Shown piece by piece: positions 48,319 to 59,801 of a stretch of DNA of 64,000 nucleotides. The translations under genes were made by a program, and so were the position numbers. Source of the stretch: Christensenellales bacterium (GTDB lineage Bacteria; Bacillota; Clostridia; Christensenellales; UBA1750); assembly GCA_050942895.1 (NCBI GenBank), contig JBMNOE010000006.1, forward strand, positions 35,578 through 99,577. Direction: 5' to 3'. Every line of letters begins with the position of its first letter. Within the stretch, counting starts at the first letter, position 1. The notes beneath the pieces are model-generated. The model made no database searches, had not been told where the DNA came from, and was given only the letters and a program-made list of their open reading frames with translations.

Positions 48319-48795
48319 ATGTCGATGGAGGGTGCAAGATATATAGAGCGCGAAGATGACCGGCGTGAATTTATGACCGATGGCAGCCTTGCCCTGAAAA
48401 GAATGGAGCAGCGCAGCCAGGCCATGGAAGCCGCCTACAACATCGACATCCAGACCATCACAAAGGCGAAGCCCAAGCCCAGGGCGAAGATCAACGTGGG
48501 CAACGCAGTGTTGCTGTTAATGCTGATATTCTCCTTCGCGATGGGGTATCTGTTCCTTCAGACGGTGGTTCAGCAGAACAATATCGAGATACACCGGATG
48601 CAAAGCCAGCTTGAGACCCTCGAAAAGGAAGCGGCGGAGCTGGAGCTGAAGATCGTCATGAGCGAGGATATTGCAGGCATACAAAATACGGCCGTGAAGG
48701 ATTTCGGCATGGTTTTCCCGGGCGAGGGGCAGATCGTCAAAATAAATATAGATGAAAGCTCATTGGCATCTGTTGCCGCTTTAAACGGCGATTGA
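48319..48795 (+). CDS. ftsL: Cell division protein FtsL-like
   Basis: Single TM plus coiled coil ending A...GM..P. Lies between rsmH and the class B PBP. Confidence 0.75.
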   Translation: MSMEGARYIEREDDRREFMTDGSLALKRMEQRSQAMEAAYNIDIQTITKAKPKPRAKINVGNAVLLLMLIFSFAMGYLFLQTVVQQNNIEIHRMQSQLETLEKEAAELELKIVMSEDIAGIQNTAVKDFGMVFPGEGQIVKINIDESSLASVAALNGD

Positions 48796-48869
48796 TTTAA
48801 AGGCAGCTTTATGCAGCCTGCAAGCTTGCGGCCTGTAAAAGCGGCATAGGGCGATAAGGGGGTTAACAG

Positions 48870-51008
48870 GTGGCTTCACCACAGAGAATATCCAGGAAAA
48901 GAATGTTGGTGCTGCTCGCGGTGTTGAGCCTTATTTTTTTGGTTCTGGTCATCCGCCTGGTGAACCTTCAGATGGTCAGAAGCGCGGAGCTTCAGCAAAG
49001 GGCATTGCGGCAGTGGACGCAGGACACCATCGTTTCTGCGCCCCGCGGCAAAATATTGGACCGCAATGGCAGAGTGCTGGCCCAAAGCGCCAGCGCGGTT
49101 TACATAACCGCGGCCCCTGGCAATGTGACGGCGGAAAAACGCGAGGAAACGGCGCAGCTTATCTGCGATGTGCTGGAGTTGGATTATGACACAATATTCG
49201 CCCGCATATCGGACACTGCCAGGGCCAGCGTTGTTATCGCCAGGAGGGTTGACAAGGAGGTTGCCGACGAGCTGAGGTCCAGGGCAAGGGAGGCCGACAT
49301 AAAGGGCATCTACTACAGCGAGGACACAAAGCGGGTCTATCCGAGAAATAATCTGCTCTCGCAGGTGATAGGCTTCACAAATATAGATTCTGACGGCCAA
49401 ACGGGCATAGAGCTGATGTATAATAAGTATCTGGCAGGGGAAAGCGGGCATATTCTTACCGAAAGAGATCTTAGGGGAAGGCCGCTGACGCAAAATGCGG
49501 CGGAATATATCGCTCCGGTGGCGGGCTATGACGTGGTTCTCACATTCGATTATGTCATTCAGTCATTCGCGCAGAATGCGGCTGAAAAGTGCATGGCTGA
49601 GACCGGCTCCAAAAGCGTGGAGGTGGTGGTGATGGATGTGAACACGGGCGAGCTTTTAGCATCCGTGGTGCTGCCGGATTTCGATCTTAACGATCCCCCG
49701 CGCAATGATATAGACCTTCTGAACAATCTTTCAAGGAATAAGATTGTTACGGACTCATATGAGCCGGGCTCTACCTTCAAGATACTCACATCGGCGGCTG
49801 CCTTGGACAGCGGCGTTGCAACGCTTAACACCCACTACTATTGCAGCGGTTCAATTCTGGTGGACGGCGACAAAATAAGATGCTGGCGGTCATACAATCC
49901 CCACGGCAGCCAAAGCTTCACCCAGGCGGTTATGAATTCCTGCAACCCTGTGTTCGTTCAGATGGCCATAAGGATGGGGCGCACCGTTTTCTATGATTAT
50001 CTGGAAGCGTTCGGGATCGGCGCCAAGACGGGCATAGACCTTTCCGGCGAGGCTTCCGGCCAGGTGATCGCTGAAAAGTATGTGAAGGATTTGGAGCTGG
50101 CAAGAATCGGTTTTGGTCAGAGCGTGGCGGTGACGCCTTTGCAGCTTATAACGGCGGCATCTGCCGTGGTGAACGGCGGCAGGCTATACCAGCCCTATGT
50201 CGTCAAGCAGCTTGTGGACGAATACGGCAATGTCATGCTGGAAAACAGCCCCACACAGGTGGGAACGCCCATATCCGAGGCCACGTCATTTCAGATGCGC
50301 CAGGTTTTGGAGCAGGTGGTTGAGGACGGCGGCGGCAGAAACGCCTATGTTCCCGGCTACAGGATCGGCGGAAAGACGGGCACGGCGCAGAAATATGTCA
50401 ACGGCGTCGTCTCAAGCACATTGCATGTGGGTTCGTTCATCGGCTTTGCCCCAATGGACGATCCGAAGGTGGCGGTATTGTTAATCGCTGATGAGCCCGC
50501 CACAAGGCCTGATTTCGGCTCGATCGTGGCGGCCCCCTATGCAGGTGAGCTGATGGAGGATATACTGCAATATATGAACGTCGCACCGGTCTACTCCGAG
50601 GACGACAGCGCAAACCTTGGAAGGACTGCTCAGGTGCCTGATGTGGTGGGCATGACATATAATGACGCCCTAACTCGTTTAGCATATGAGGGCTTCAGGT
50701 TCATGGGCGAGGGCGAGGGAGCTTTGATCACTGAGCAGATTCCCGCCGCCGGAACCGAGATGGCCTATGGCTCCTTGGTCATAATATATAACGACATGAG
50801 CCAGGAGGAGCTTTCACTGATAGATACGGATTCGGTGGAGGTGCCGGATATAATGGGTATGTCCCTTGTGGATGCCTACAGGACATTGGAGGCACATGGG
50901 CTTAATATGAGGATAAGCGGAAGGGGAATTGTCACCGAACAAAGCCCTGCCGCTGGTGAAAAAGCCAAGCTTGGCGACAGTGTGAGGGTCACCTTCACTT
51001 CTCCATAA
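48870..51008 (+). CDS. spoVD: Class B PBP (SpoVD/FtsI family) with two PASTA domains
   Basis: RGKILDRNG, EPGSTFK, SCN, KTGTAQK and VPDV PASTA repeats. Confidence 0.88.
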   Translation: MASPQRISRKRMLVLLAVLSLIFLVLVIRLVNLQMVRSAELQQRALRQWTQDTIVSAPRGKILDRNGRVLAQSASAVYITAAPGNVTAEKREETAQLICDVLELDYDTIFARISDTARASVVIARRVDKEVADELRSRAREADIKGIYYSEDTKRVYPRNNLLSQVIGFTNIDSDGQTGIELMYNKYLAGESGHILTERDLRGRPLTQNAAEYIAPVAGYDVVLTFDYVIQSFAQNAAEKCMAETGSKSVEVVVMDVNTGELLASVVLPDFDLNDPPRNDIDLLNNLSRNKIVTDSYEPGSTFKILTSAAALDSGVATLNTHYYCSGSILVDGDKIRCWRSYNPHGSQSFTQAVMNSCNPVFVQMAIRMGRTVFYDYLEAFGIGAKTGIDLSGEASGQVIAEKYVKDLELARIGFGQSVAVTPLQLITAASAVVNGGRLYQPYVVKQLVDEYGNVMLENSPTQVGTPISEATSFQMRQVLEQVVEDGGGRNAYVPGYRIGGKTGTAQKYVNGVVSSTLHVGSFIGFAPMDDPKVAVLLIADEPATRPDFGSIVAAPYAGELMEDILQYMNVAPVYSEDDSANLGRTAQVPDVVGMTYNDALTRLAYEGFRFMGEGEGALITEQIPAAGTEMAYGSLVIIYNDMSQEELSLIDTDSVEVPDIMGMSLVDAYRTLEAHGLNMRISGRGIVTEQSPAAGEKAKLGDSVRVTFTSP

Positions 51009-51069
51009 GCGGCGGAAAAAGCGGCGGGAGAAAATGCGCAGAGCAGGGCGGTTTTATAGGGAGAGGACA

Positions 51070-52566
51070 ATGCTTTTAACGGAAATGTTTGAAAACCTGG
51101 AAGTTGTGGCCGGGGTGAGGGGTCAGGCAGAGGTGACGGATCTTTCAATTGATTCGCGCAAGCTGGAAAAGGGTATGCTCTTTTACTGCCAAAGGGGCAG
51201 GAATTTTGATGGCCATGATTATGCGCGGGCGGCCATCGAAAAGGGCGCCTGCGCTCTGGTGGTGGATCACTGGCTTGATGTTGACATACCTCAGGTGCTG
51301 GTAAAGGATGTGCGGGAGGCTCTGGCGCTTTCGGCGGCCAGGTTCTTCGGAAACCCTGCAAAGGGCATGAGGATAGTGGGTGTTACCGGCACGAAGGGCA
51401 AGACCACCACCACATATCTGATAAAGGCCATATTTGACCGCATGGGCTGGAAAACAGGCCTGATAGGCACCGTTTCAACGAAGATAGGCGACAGGGAGAT
51501 CCCCGGAAACCTGACCACGCCGGAAACGATAGACTTTCACCGCAACCTGCGGATGATGCGGGACGAGGGCATAGACACCTTGGTGATGGAGGTCAGCGCC
51601 AACGCTATCACTTTAAAGCGCATATTTGGCGTTGAGTTTGAAATCGGGGTTTTTTCTAACTTCACCCAGGATCATCTGGATTTTTACGGCACCATGGAAA
51701 ATTATTTCGAGGCCAAGGCCGCTTTCTTCAAGAAGGGAACCGTTAAAAAGGCCATTATAAACATCGACGATGACAAGGCCCTTGACATCGCCCAGGATAT
51801 ACCGAGGATATATTTCGGTGTGGCGGACAACCGCGGCGCCAGCGCCAGGGATATCAACATGCTTGAAAGAGGAATGGCCTACACTTTGGCGTACAAGGGC
51901 GAGATAATGGACTTGACCCTTAACCTGCCGGGGCTTTTCAATGTGTATAACTCCATGGCCGCAGCGGTGACGGCCCTTGAAATGGGCTGCCCGCCAGATG
52001 TTGTGGAGGAGGGGCTTGAGTCTGTGGCGTCTGTTCCGGGGAGGATCGAGCTGGTTGAAACGGGCACTCCCTTCAATGTGATATTGGACTACGCCCATTC
52101 TCCGGCAAGCCTTGAAAGCATACTGAAAAACCTGCGTAATGTGACCCGTGGAAGGCTGATCGCACTATTTGGCTGCGGAGGCGACCGCGACAGGGAAAAA
52201 CGGCCGGTGATGGGCAAGATCGCCGGTGAGTTGGCTGATTTTTCCATAATCACCAGCGATAATCCCAGGAACGAGGACCCGATGTCCATAATAGGCCAGA
52301 TTGAGGAAGGCATCAGCAAGACCGAAGGCCGCTACATGGTGGTGGAAAACCGCCGCGAGGCCATAATGGCGGGGCTGATGATGGCGGAGGCCGGAGACAC
52401 GCTTATACTTGCCGGCAAGGGTCATGAAACCTATCAGGAGATAAAGGGTGTAAAAAAGCCCTTTGATGAGAGAGCTATAGTGAAGGAACTGGTGGACCTG
52501 ATGAAGGAAGGCTTTGATGATATAGGCTGGGAGAAGCCTGGCGGAAAAGACGGACAGGGCATGTGA
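51070..52566 (+). CDS. murE: UDP-MurNAc-tripeptide ligase (meso-DAP type)
   Basis: GVTGTKGKTTT, MEVS, DYAH, DNPR and AGKGHE. Confidence 0.95.
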   Translation: MLLTEMFENLEVVAGVRGQAEVTDLSIDSRKLEKGMLFYCQRGRNFDGHDYARAAIEKGACALVVDHWLDVDIPQVLVKDVREALALSAARFFGNPAKGMRIVGVTGTKGKTTTTYLIKAIFDRMGWKTGLIGTVSTKIGDREIPGNLTTPETIDFHRNLRMMRDEGIDTLVMEVSANAITLKRIFGVEFEIGVFSNFTQDHLDFYGTMENYFEAKAAFFKKGTVKKAIINIDDDKALDIAQDIPRIYFGVADNRGASARDINMLERGMAYTLAYKGEIMDLTLNLPGLFNVYNSMAAAVTALEMGCPPDVVEEGLESVASVPGRIELVETGTPFNVILDYAHSPASLESILKNLRNVTRGRLIALFGCGGDRDREKRPVMGKIAGELADFSIITSDNPRNEDPMSIIGQIEEGISKTEGRYMVVENRREAIMAGLMMAEAGDTLILAGKGHETYQEIKGVKKPFDERAIVKELVDLMKEGFDDIGWEKPGGKDGQGM

Positions 52567-52600
52567 TAAGCCCGGATGACGAATAACAAAGGAGCGGTAC

Positions 52601-53575
52601 ATGTTCAGAATCCTTTTAGCGCTGGGTGCGTCATTCGTGGCCACTTTGGCGATAGGGCCGATAATAATCCCATGGCTTAAAAAGCTGAAGTTCGGGCAGA
52701 ACGTGCGGCTTTACGGGCCTAAGTCCCATTTGAAAAAGCAGGGCGTGCCCACCATGGGCGGTATAATGATCACTGCGGTAATAGCGGTGGTGGCGCTGGC
52801 ATTTTCCCATGAGGACGGCAGGATGGACGCAATGCTGCCGGCGGTGATATTCATCATACTGAACGCGGTGATCGGTTTTTTGGACGATATACTGAAAATA
52901 AAAAGGGCGAATTCAGACGGCCTGAGCGCAAAGCATAAGACAGTGCTGCTGCTCATTTTGGACACGGCCTATGCCCTTTGGCTGTATAACACGGTGGGGT
53001 CTGCTGTATACCTGCCCTTCACCGATATAACCTGGAATCTGGGCTGGGCATATGTCCCCTTTGCGGTGATAGTGATGTATGCCACCACCAACAGCGCCAA
53101 TCTTTTGGATGGGGCTGACGGCCTTCTTTCCGGCGTGACATTGATAATCGCTGCGGCATTGACACTGATATCTTATTTCGCCGGGCCGAACATAAACAAC
53201 GATTTCCCCAACATGGCCGTGCTTTCCGCCGCGTTGACGGGCGCGTGCCTGGGCTTTTTGGTGTTCAACCGCTATCCCGCAAGGATAATAATGGGCGACA
53301 CGGGCTCGTTTGCCATGGGCGGAGCGGTTACGGCGATAATGCTTATAAACGGAATGCCGATTTTCATACCTATACTGGCGATCATGTATGTGCTTACATC
53401 AGCATCGGATATCATACAGGTGATTTCCTATAAGACCAGAAGGAAAAGGGTGTTTCGCATGGCGCCCCTTCACCACCACTTTGAGCTGGGGGGCATGAAG
53501 GAGACGCGCATCGTGTCGATGTACATGGCAATAACCCTTGCGGCAGCTGCTGTAACATTTTGGGCAGTGTCATAG
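52601..53575 (+). CDS. mraY: Phospho-MurNAc-pentapeptide transferase
   Basis: PTMGG, GFLDD, NLLDGADGL, MGDTGS and MAPLHHHFEL. Confidence 0.97.
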   Translation: MFRILLALGASFVATLAIGPIIIPWLKKLKFGQNVRLYGPKSHLKKQGVPTMGGIMITAVIAVVALAFSHEDGRMDAMLPAVIFIILNAVIGFLDDILKIKRANSDGLSAKHKTVLLLILDTAYALWLYNTVGSAVYLPFTDITWNLGWAYVPFAVIVMYATTNSANLLDGADGLLSGVTLIIAAALTLISYFAGPNINNDFPNMAVLSAALTGACLGFLVFNRYPARIIMGDTGSFAMGGAVTAIMLINGMPIFIPILAIMYVLTSASDIIQVISYKTRRKRVFRMAPLHHHFELGGMKETRIVSMYMAITLAAAAVTFWAVS

Positions 53576-53681
53576 TTTTTGTAATAGGAAAAGATTCCTA
53601 CTAAGAAAAGTTGTCAGGGCCTTATTCATATCATAAGAAACGAAAAAACGAAAGAAACGGAAAATGTAAAGAGGTGAGAAA

Positions 53682-55046
53682 ATGTTCGCTGACAGAAGGA
53701 TATTGATCATCGGCATGGCTAGATCGGGCATCGCGGCGGCAAGGCTGCTTTTAAAGGCCGGTGCGAAGGTGACTGTAAACGACATCAAAACGCTGGATAA
53801 ATTCAACGGCGCTCTAGACGATATCATCGCGGCGGGCGCTTTGGATTCTCTTGGGATACCGCCTGACAGCCTGGTGGATGAAAGCGACATGATAGTCATA
53901 AGCCCCGGCGTGCCCATGGACCTTCCATTCATACAGAAGGCGAGGGAGTCCGGGAAGGAAATTATCGGCGAGCTGGAGCTGGCATCGCTTTTTCTAAAGG
54001 GGATGCTGGTGGCGGTCACAGGAACCAACGGAAAAAGCACCACCGTTACCCTTGTGGGCGAGATATTCAAAAACGCGGGCAAGCTCTCATATGTGGCGGG
54101 CAATATCGGCCTGCCATTTTCAGATGTTGTTGACGGCATAAAGACCGAGGACGTGGCTGTGGTGGAGGTGAGCTCCTTCCAGTTGGAATCCATAAAGAGC
54201 TTCCGCCCCCATTGCGCCGCGGTTTTAAACCTGAGGGAGGACCATCTGAACCGCCATGAGACAATGGAGAATTATATCGCCATCAAAATGCGGATTTTTG
54301 AGAACCAAAAGTCCGGCGATTATGCGGTTTTAAACTATGACGATGAGCTGATCAGGGCCAATGCGAAAGGCTTTTCAGCCAAAAAGGTATGGTTTTCAAG
54401 CACTCAGAAGGTCAGTTTTGGGGTCTGGGTGGAGGGCGACAGCATAGTCTACGGCTCGCCGGGCGCCAGCAGGGTGGTCTGCGCGGTTTCCGATGTGCTG
54501 CTTCCCGGCAGGCATAACCTTGAAAACGCCCTTGCGGCCACGGCCATGGCGGCGGTCTGCGGGGTGCAGCTTCCGGTCATTCGCCACACTTTAAAGACGT
54601 TTTCGGGAATCGAGCACAGGATTGAGACGGTGGAGGAGATCGCCGGGGTGCGCTATATCAATGACTCAAAGGGCACCAATGTGGACGCCACCATCGCCGC
54701 TGTGAAGGCCATGGATAGGCCAACGGTCATTCTGCTGGGAGGCTATGACAAGCATACTGACTTTGGCCCCCTTTCAAGGGTGGTGAAAGGTTCCAGCGTG
54801 AGGGCGGCGGTGCTTCTTGGGCAGACAAAAGAGCAGATAAAAACATCCCTTCAGGAGAACGGGTTTGACGAGATCGAGATGGCGCAGGGCTTTGAGGAGG
54901 CCGTCCTCAAGGCGAAGGACATGGCCGTCTTTGGCGAAAATGTGCTTTTGTCCCCCGCCTGCGCCAGTTTTGACATGTTCAAGGATTTTGAGGAGCGCGG
55001 CAGAGCCTTTAAGGAGATTGTATGCAGGTTGAAAGAGAGCCTTTAA
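53682..55046 (+). CDS. murD: UDP-MurNAc-L-Ala--D-Glu ligase
   Basis: SPGV, TGTNGKST, EVSSFQL, NDSKGTN and LSPACASFD. Confidence 0.97.
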   Translation: MFADRRILIIGMARSGIAAARLLLKAGAKVTVNDIKTLDKFNGALDDIIAAGALDSLGIPPDSLVDESDMIVISPGVPMDLPFIQKARESGKEIIGELELASLFLKGMLVAVTGTNGKSTTVTLVGEIFKNAGKLSYVAGNIGLPFSDVVDGIKTEDVAVVEVSSFQLESIKSFRPHCAAVLNLREDHLNRHETMENYIAIKMRIFENQKSGDYAVLNYDDELIRANAKGFSAKKVWFSSTQKVSFGVWVEGDSIVYGSPGASRVVCAVSDVLLPGRHNLENALAATAMAAVCGVQLPVIRHTLKTFSGIEHRIETVEEIAGVRYINDSKGTNVDATIAAVKAMDRPTVILLGGYDKHTDFGPLSRVVKGSSVRAAVLLGQTKEQIKTSLQENGFDEIEMAQGFEEAVLKAKDMAVFGENVLLSPACASFDMFKDFEERGRAFKEIVCRLKESL

Positions 55047-56230
55047 GAAGAGGGAAAATAGACTATGGCCTTTTGGCCGTCATCGGCATTCTGTCTGTGC
55101 TGGGGCTGATGATGGTCTTTTCGGCGGGCAGCTATTCCGCTCAGGATAAGGGCGCAAGCGCAACGGAGCCGCTCTTTGACCAGCTCTTGCCCATGGTGCT
55201 GGGCGTTGTCGCCATGATAGCCCTTTCGTTTGTGGATTACCGCGTATACCGCCACCCGATGGTGGTATACGGCGCTCTTTTCATAAGCCTTTTTCTGCTG
55301 GGCATAGTCTGGATCCCCGGCATCGGCGAATTTATAAACGGGTCGCGCAGGTGGATAAGAATCCCCGTGGCGAACCAGACAATACAGCCTGGGGAGATCG
55401 CTAAATTTACGCTGATACTCTATATCGCCCATATGCTGACGAGAAAGGTCAAAGAAAAAGAGTTTTTCAAAAAGACCGCTATGCCGGTGCTGATAGTGTG
55501 CGGCATGATGTTCGGCCTTGTCATGCTTCAGCCCAACCTTTCCACGGCGGGGTGCCTGGTCATCGCCACCATCGCCATGCTGATGATCGGTGGGATGAAG
55601 GTAAAGCACATAGCAATACTTTTTTTGATAGCGGCGGTGGCGGCTTTTGTGTTCGCCATGTCGGAGGATTATAGGCGCGACCGGCTCATCGGCTTCATGG
55701 ATCCCTGGGGGATGAGCGGCAACGAAGCATATCAGCTTACGCAATCGCTGCTGGCCATCGCTTCGGGGGGCATTTTTGGCGTGGGAATCGGCCAGTCGCG
55801 GCAAAAGCTGCTGTTTTTGCCCTACTGCGACAGCGACTTCATATTCGCCATCGTCTGCGAGGAGCTGGGTTTTGTGGGCGCCGTCACAATATTAGCGCTC
55901 TTTGGCCTGATGATATTCGCCGGCTTCAGGGTGGCCCTTCGCTGCAAAGACCGCTTTGGCTCAATGCTGGCGGCGGGAATAAGCGTGGTATTTGCCGTGC
56001 AGGTGGTTTTAAACGTGGCGGTGGTCATAGGCCTTTTCCCCACCACGGGCCTGCCGCTGCCCTTCTTCAGCGCCGGGGGGTCCAATCTGGTCATATTCAT
56101 GGCCGCTGCGGGAATTCTTTTGAATATATCCCGCTATTCCAACCTGCCGGTGGAGGAGCTTAAGAGCCGCAAGGGCAAAACGCCCCAGCCATTGCCCGAT
56201 AATGTGAGGGTTTTCAGGGGCAGCGGATAG
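55022..56230 (+). CDS. ftsW: SEDS peptidoglycan polymerase (FtsW/SpoVE)
   Basis: RRWI, QPGEIAK, QPNLST, DFIFAI..EELG and P.TG.PLPF.S.GG. Confidence 0.92.
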   Translation: MQVEREPLRRGKIDYGLLAVIGILSVLGLMMVFSAGSYSAQDKGASATEPLFDQLLPMVLGVVAMIALSFVDYRVYRHPMVVYGALFISLFLLGIVWIPGIGEFINGSRRWIRIPVANQTIQPGEIAKFTLILYIAHMLTRKVKEKEFFKKTAMPVLIVCGMMFGLVMLQPNLSTAGCLVIATIAMLMIGGMKVKHIAILFLIAAVAAFVFAMSEDYRRDRLIGFMDPWGMSGNEAYQLTQSLLAIASGGIFGVGIGQSRQKLLFLPYCDSDFIFAIVCEELGFVGAVTILALFGLMIFAGFRVALRCKDRFGSMLAAGISVVFAVQVVLNVAVVIGLFPTTGLPLPFFSAGGSNLVIFMAAAGILLNISRYSNLPVEELKSRKGKTPQPLPDNVRVFRGSG

Positions 56231-56328
56231 CAAATGCTAAGCAAATACTATTAGGACTTCGGTCTGTCACCGCTTTTTGGCGCGCTTCATATGTTGAAGT
56301 GAATGTCAAAAAACGGAGGCGGAAGCTG

Positions 56329-57606
56329 ATGGAGTTCTATGAAATTCGCGGAGGCAACAGACTTTTTGGAGAATGTGAAGCGGGTATCGCAAAGAACGCC
56401 GCACTGCCGATTCTTGCCGCGGCACTGATGGCGGATGAGTATATCGAAATCCAGGTGCCGATGATGAGCGATATCAAGTATATGGCGGAGATATTGGGAA
56501 TTATCGGCTGCGGCGTTGAGATTGCGGGCGGGCTTTGCAGGATTGACCCCACCACGGCAAATTGCCATGTGATGCCCGAGCGGCTTTCAAAGCTCATACG
56601 CTCGTCCATATTCATGATGGGCCCCATGCTGGCGAAATTCTCCCAGGCGGAGTTTACATACCCGGGTGGGTGTGAGATTGGGCTTAGGCCTATAGACCTG
56701 CATCTTCGCGGGCTTCGGGAACTGGGAGCGAAGATCACCGAGGACAACGGGCGCATACATTGCAGCGGCGCATTGAAGGGTGCGGTGGTGCATTTCGACT
56801 ATCCCAGCGTGGGCGCCACGGAGAATATAATGATGGCCGCCACCCTTGCACAGGGGGAAACGGTGATAGAAAACGCAGCCATGGAACCTGAGATAGTGGA
56901 TTTGGCAAACTTTCTTTCGATGATGGGCGCGAAGATCAGCGGGGCGGGAACGAGGCGGATACGCATCCGCGGCGTTAAAAAGCTTCACGGGGGGCATTAC
57001 CGGCCCATGACAGACAGGATCATCGTGGGGACATTGCTCGCTGCGGCTGCGGCCACAGGCGGGGATATTCGCGTCACGGATGCTTTCCCCGGGGACTTGG
57101 AGGCGGTTTTGGCAAAGCTTCGCCAGATGGGCTGCATTCTGGACAGCCATGGAAAGGGCATTGGGATAATATCGCCCCTAAGGCTCAAGGCCTTCAGAAC
57201 CCTTGAAACGATGCCATACCCCGGTTTTCCCACAGACATGCAAACGCAATTTCTGGCCCTTCAGAGCATGGCAGAGGGCGCGGGGGCCATCACGGAAAAT
57301 ATATTCGAGAACAGGTTTGCCACAGCCTCTGAGCTGGTGAAGATGGGCGCGGATATAGTCGTCAAGGACAGGTCGGCCTTCGTGCGCGGTGTGGAAAGGC
57401 TCCATGGCGCGGATGTGGAGGCGAAGGATCTTAGGGGAGGCGTAGCACTTGTTATCGCAGGGCTTGCCGCCCAGGGCGTTACCACCGTGAGGGATATCCA
57501 CTATGTAGACAGGGGATATGACCGCTTTGAGGAGACGCTCAAGGAGCTGGGCGCGGATATTGAAAGGCTGGAGTGCGACGCCTGGGACTGCGCCCGCGTA
57601 TACTGA
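56329..57606 (+). CDS. murA: UDP-GlcNAc 1-carboxyvinyltransferase
   Basis: AKNAALP, PGGCEIGLRPIDLH (active-site Cys), SVGATEN, PGFPTDMQ and DRGY. Confidence 0.96.
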   Translation: MEFYEIRGGNRLFGECEAGIAKNAALPILAAALMADEYIEIQVPMMSDIKYMAEILGIIGCGVEIAGGLCRIDPTTANCHVMPERLSKLIRSSIFMMGPMLAKFSQAEFTYPGGCEIGLRPIDLHLRGLRELGAKITEDNGRIHCSGALKGAVVHFDYPSVGATENIMMAATLAQGETVIENAAMEPEIVDLANFLSMMGAKISGAGTRRIRIRGVKKLHGGHYRPMTDRIIVGTLLAAAAATGGDIRVTDAFPGDLEAVLAKLRQMGCILDSHGKGIGIISPLRLKAFRTLETMPYPGFPTDMQTQFLALQSMAEGAGAITENIFENRFATASELVKMGADIVVKDRSAFVRGVERLHGADVEAKDLRGGVALVIAGLAAQGVTTVRDIHYVDRGYDRFEETLKELGADIERLECDAWDCARVY

Positions 57607-57667
57607 CCGCGATATCAAAAGGCGTGAATCCAAGGGCAGAAACTCAAAGGAATGAGAGGTTTATCTT

Positions 57668-58390
57668 TTGAAAGGGCTAAAGCGTACTTTGCTGGTAATA
57701 GTGCTTCTGTCCGCTGCGGCTTTTTTGAGCTGGGAGGCGCTTAAGGTGCGGGATATTGCCGTGGCCGGAACCCGGTCAAGGCTTCCCGCCGAGGTCGCAA
57801 TGCTGTCGGGCATCGGCCTGGGCGACAGCCTTTTGACATTGGACAAGGAGCTGGCAAAGGCAGGCATCGAGTCCGATCCTTATTTTAAATATGACGATAT
57901 TGAGATAGACTGGCCAAGCGGCATAATAATCCGGGTGACGGAGCGGATCCCCAAGACATACATACTGCATTTGGGCTCAATGATAATCATGGACGAAGCG
58001 GGGTTCGTGCTGGAAATAGGCCGCAATCTTCCTCATGCCGACCTGGTGCAGGTCACCGGTCTTCAGGTGACGGCCTATTTGGTGGGGGAGGAAGTGCAGG
58101 CGGAAAACCAGGATCAGGTTTTTCTATACTCAAGGGTCTATGAAGCTTTTGAAAAGGAGGGGCTTACAGGCGAGATAAAGGAGATTATAATTACCCAGTC
58201 GCTGACGGCAAGGGTTGTGACAGGCCAGGGAATAACGGTGGATATTGGGACAAGCGATAACCTTCAGCGCAAGATAATGCTGACGGAATCGATTGTAGAA
58301 AGCCTGAATCGGATGTATAGCCCTGAAGAATTAAACGGCACAAGCCTGGATGTTTCCACCGGCGAATTCGGCGACTTCAACCCCGACTGA
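57668..58390 (+). CDS. ftsQ: Cell division protein FtsQ/DivIB
   Basis: N-terminal TM and POTRA (I.V.G...WP..I.I.V.ER). Located before ftsA. Confidence 0.82.
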   Translation: MKGLKRTLLVIVLLSAAAFLSWEALKVRDIAVAGTRSRLPAEVAMLSGIGLGDSLLTLDKELAKAGIESDPYFKYDDIEIDWPSGIIIRVTERIPKTYILHLGSMIIMDEAGFVLEIGRNLPHADLVQVTGLQVTAYLVGEEVQAENQDQVFLYSRVYEAFEKEGLTGEIKEIIITQSLTARVVTGQGITVDIGTSDNLQRKIMLTESIVESLNRMYSPEELNGTSLDVSTGEFGDFNPD

Positions 58391-58596
58391 GGCGAAGGCG
58401 GGTTAGCCAATGCAGACTTTTGGTCGGTTTGGAGCAGAATATCTATTAATAGTGACAAAACGAGGGCATCTTTGTTGTAAATAAAGCCAAAAAAAGCCTA
58501 AAATTCTTCCTTCCTATTGACAAAAAGTCAGTATGATGCAAAAATAATATGAAGTACGTTCTTGGCGATTGTTGACAACGGAGGAACCTGATCAGA

Positions 58597-59790
58597 ATGA
58601 AAACCACGGTGGCAGCCATAGAGTTTGGCACATCAAAGGTTGTGGCGATAATAGGCGAGTTGGGCAGCGACCTCAAGGGTGAAACCATTGGATATGGCGT
58701 GCGCCAATACAGCGGTTACAATGCTGAAGGTTGGATCTGCTCAGATGACGAGCTTAAAGCGGCGATAGCCGGTTCAATAAAGGATGCCGAAGCCATGGCT
58801 GATGTCAGCGTGAGGGAGCTTTACGTTGGCGTACCCGCGCATAGACTCAGGGTTCATAATGCCCAGGCTGAAGCGGAGATTTTATCCGCCAGCCAGAAGG
58901 TCACTTTGGATGATGTGGATTCTGTGATGGTAAGCGCCGTTGAAGCCTGCGCACAAAGCGATGGCGTTTCTGGCTTCGGCGAGATCATCCATCAAAGCCC
59001 CGCCTGGTTTAAGGTGGACGGCGAAAAGACGATGGAGCCCATGGGCATGAAGGGGCAAATCCTTTCGTGTTGCGCGTGCATTTGCGTCGCGGACAAGCTT
59101 TTCACGCAGGACATGAGGGAGAGGTTTTCCGGCATGGGGCTTTCGGTGGTCGGCTTTGCAGCCCCGTCCTTGGGGGAGGCGCTGATGACAATCCCTCCGC
59201 AGGAAAGAGATTTAACCGCTGTGCTGATAGACACAGGCTATCTTTCAACTCAGGTGATGGTTGTTCAGGGGGATGCCATAAGCCATATCGCCGTGCTGGA
59301 GGATGGCTCCGGGTTTTTAACGGCGGCTTTGGCCTCTGAGCTGGAGCTTACAATGGCCATGGCCGAGCAGGTCAAGCGAAGGCTGATAATTGCCGGGGAT
59401 AAGTCCGGCACGCTGGAGGTGACCGGCCCGGACGGAGGGCGCATACTTTTTGAAAACGAGCATTGTTTTAATGTGATCGAACCCCATCTAAGCGAGATGG
59501 CGGCGGCGATAAAAGAATGTTTGGAGAATTTCGGTATAGAAATACCTGAAAAAGCCGCATACTATATTACGGGCGGCGGGCTGGCTCCGATGAGGGGCGC
59601 AAGGGAATTTCTTTCGGCAAGACTTGGCTATACGGTGAAGGCGTCCGCAGCGAGGCCGTCAATACCCGCCGGAGTCCAGTTTGCATCGGCGGTGGGGCTT
59701 TTGGAGCTGGTGTTCGAATATGTCAGCGACAATGCGGCTTCCGCCAAGGGGGATTTGCTGGAAAAATTAAGATCAATCTTTAAGAAATAA
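58597..59790 (+). CDS. ftsA: Cell division protein FtsA (divergent)
   Basis: [19 protein letters not shown] and TGGG actin-fold motifs. Directly upstream of ftsZ. Confidence 0.85.
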   Translation: MKTTVAAIEFGTSKVVAIIGELGSDLKGETIGYGVRQYSGYNAEGWICSDDELKAAIAGSIKDAEAMADVSVRELYVGVPAHRLRVHNAQAEAEILSASQKVTLDDVDSVMVSAVEACAQSDGVSGFGEIIHQSPAWFKVDGEKTMEPMGMKGQILSCCACICVADKLFTQDMRERFSGMGLSVVGFAAPSLGEALMTIPPQERDLTAVLIDTGYLSTQVMVVQGDAISHIAVLEDGSGFLTAALASELELTMAMAEQVKRRLIIAGDKSGTLEVTGPDGGRILFENEHCFNVIEPHLSEMAAAIKECLENFGIEIPEKAAYYITGGGLAPMRGAREFLSARLGYTVKASAARPSIPAGVQFASAVGLLELVFEYVSDNAASAKGDLLEKLRSIFKK

Positions 59791-59801
59791 GGGGGATGCT
59801 T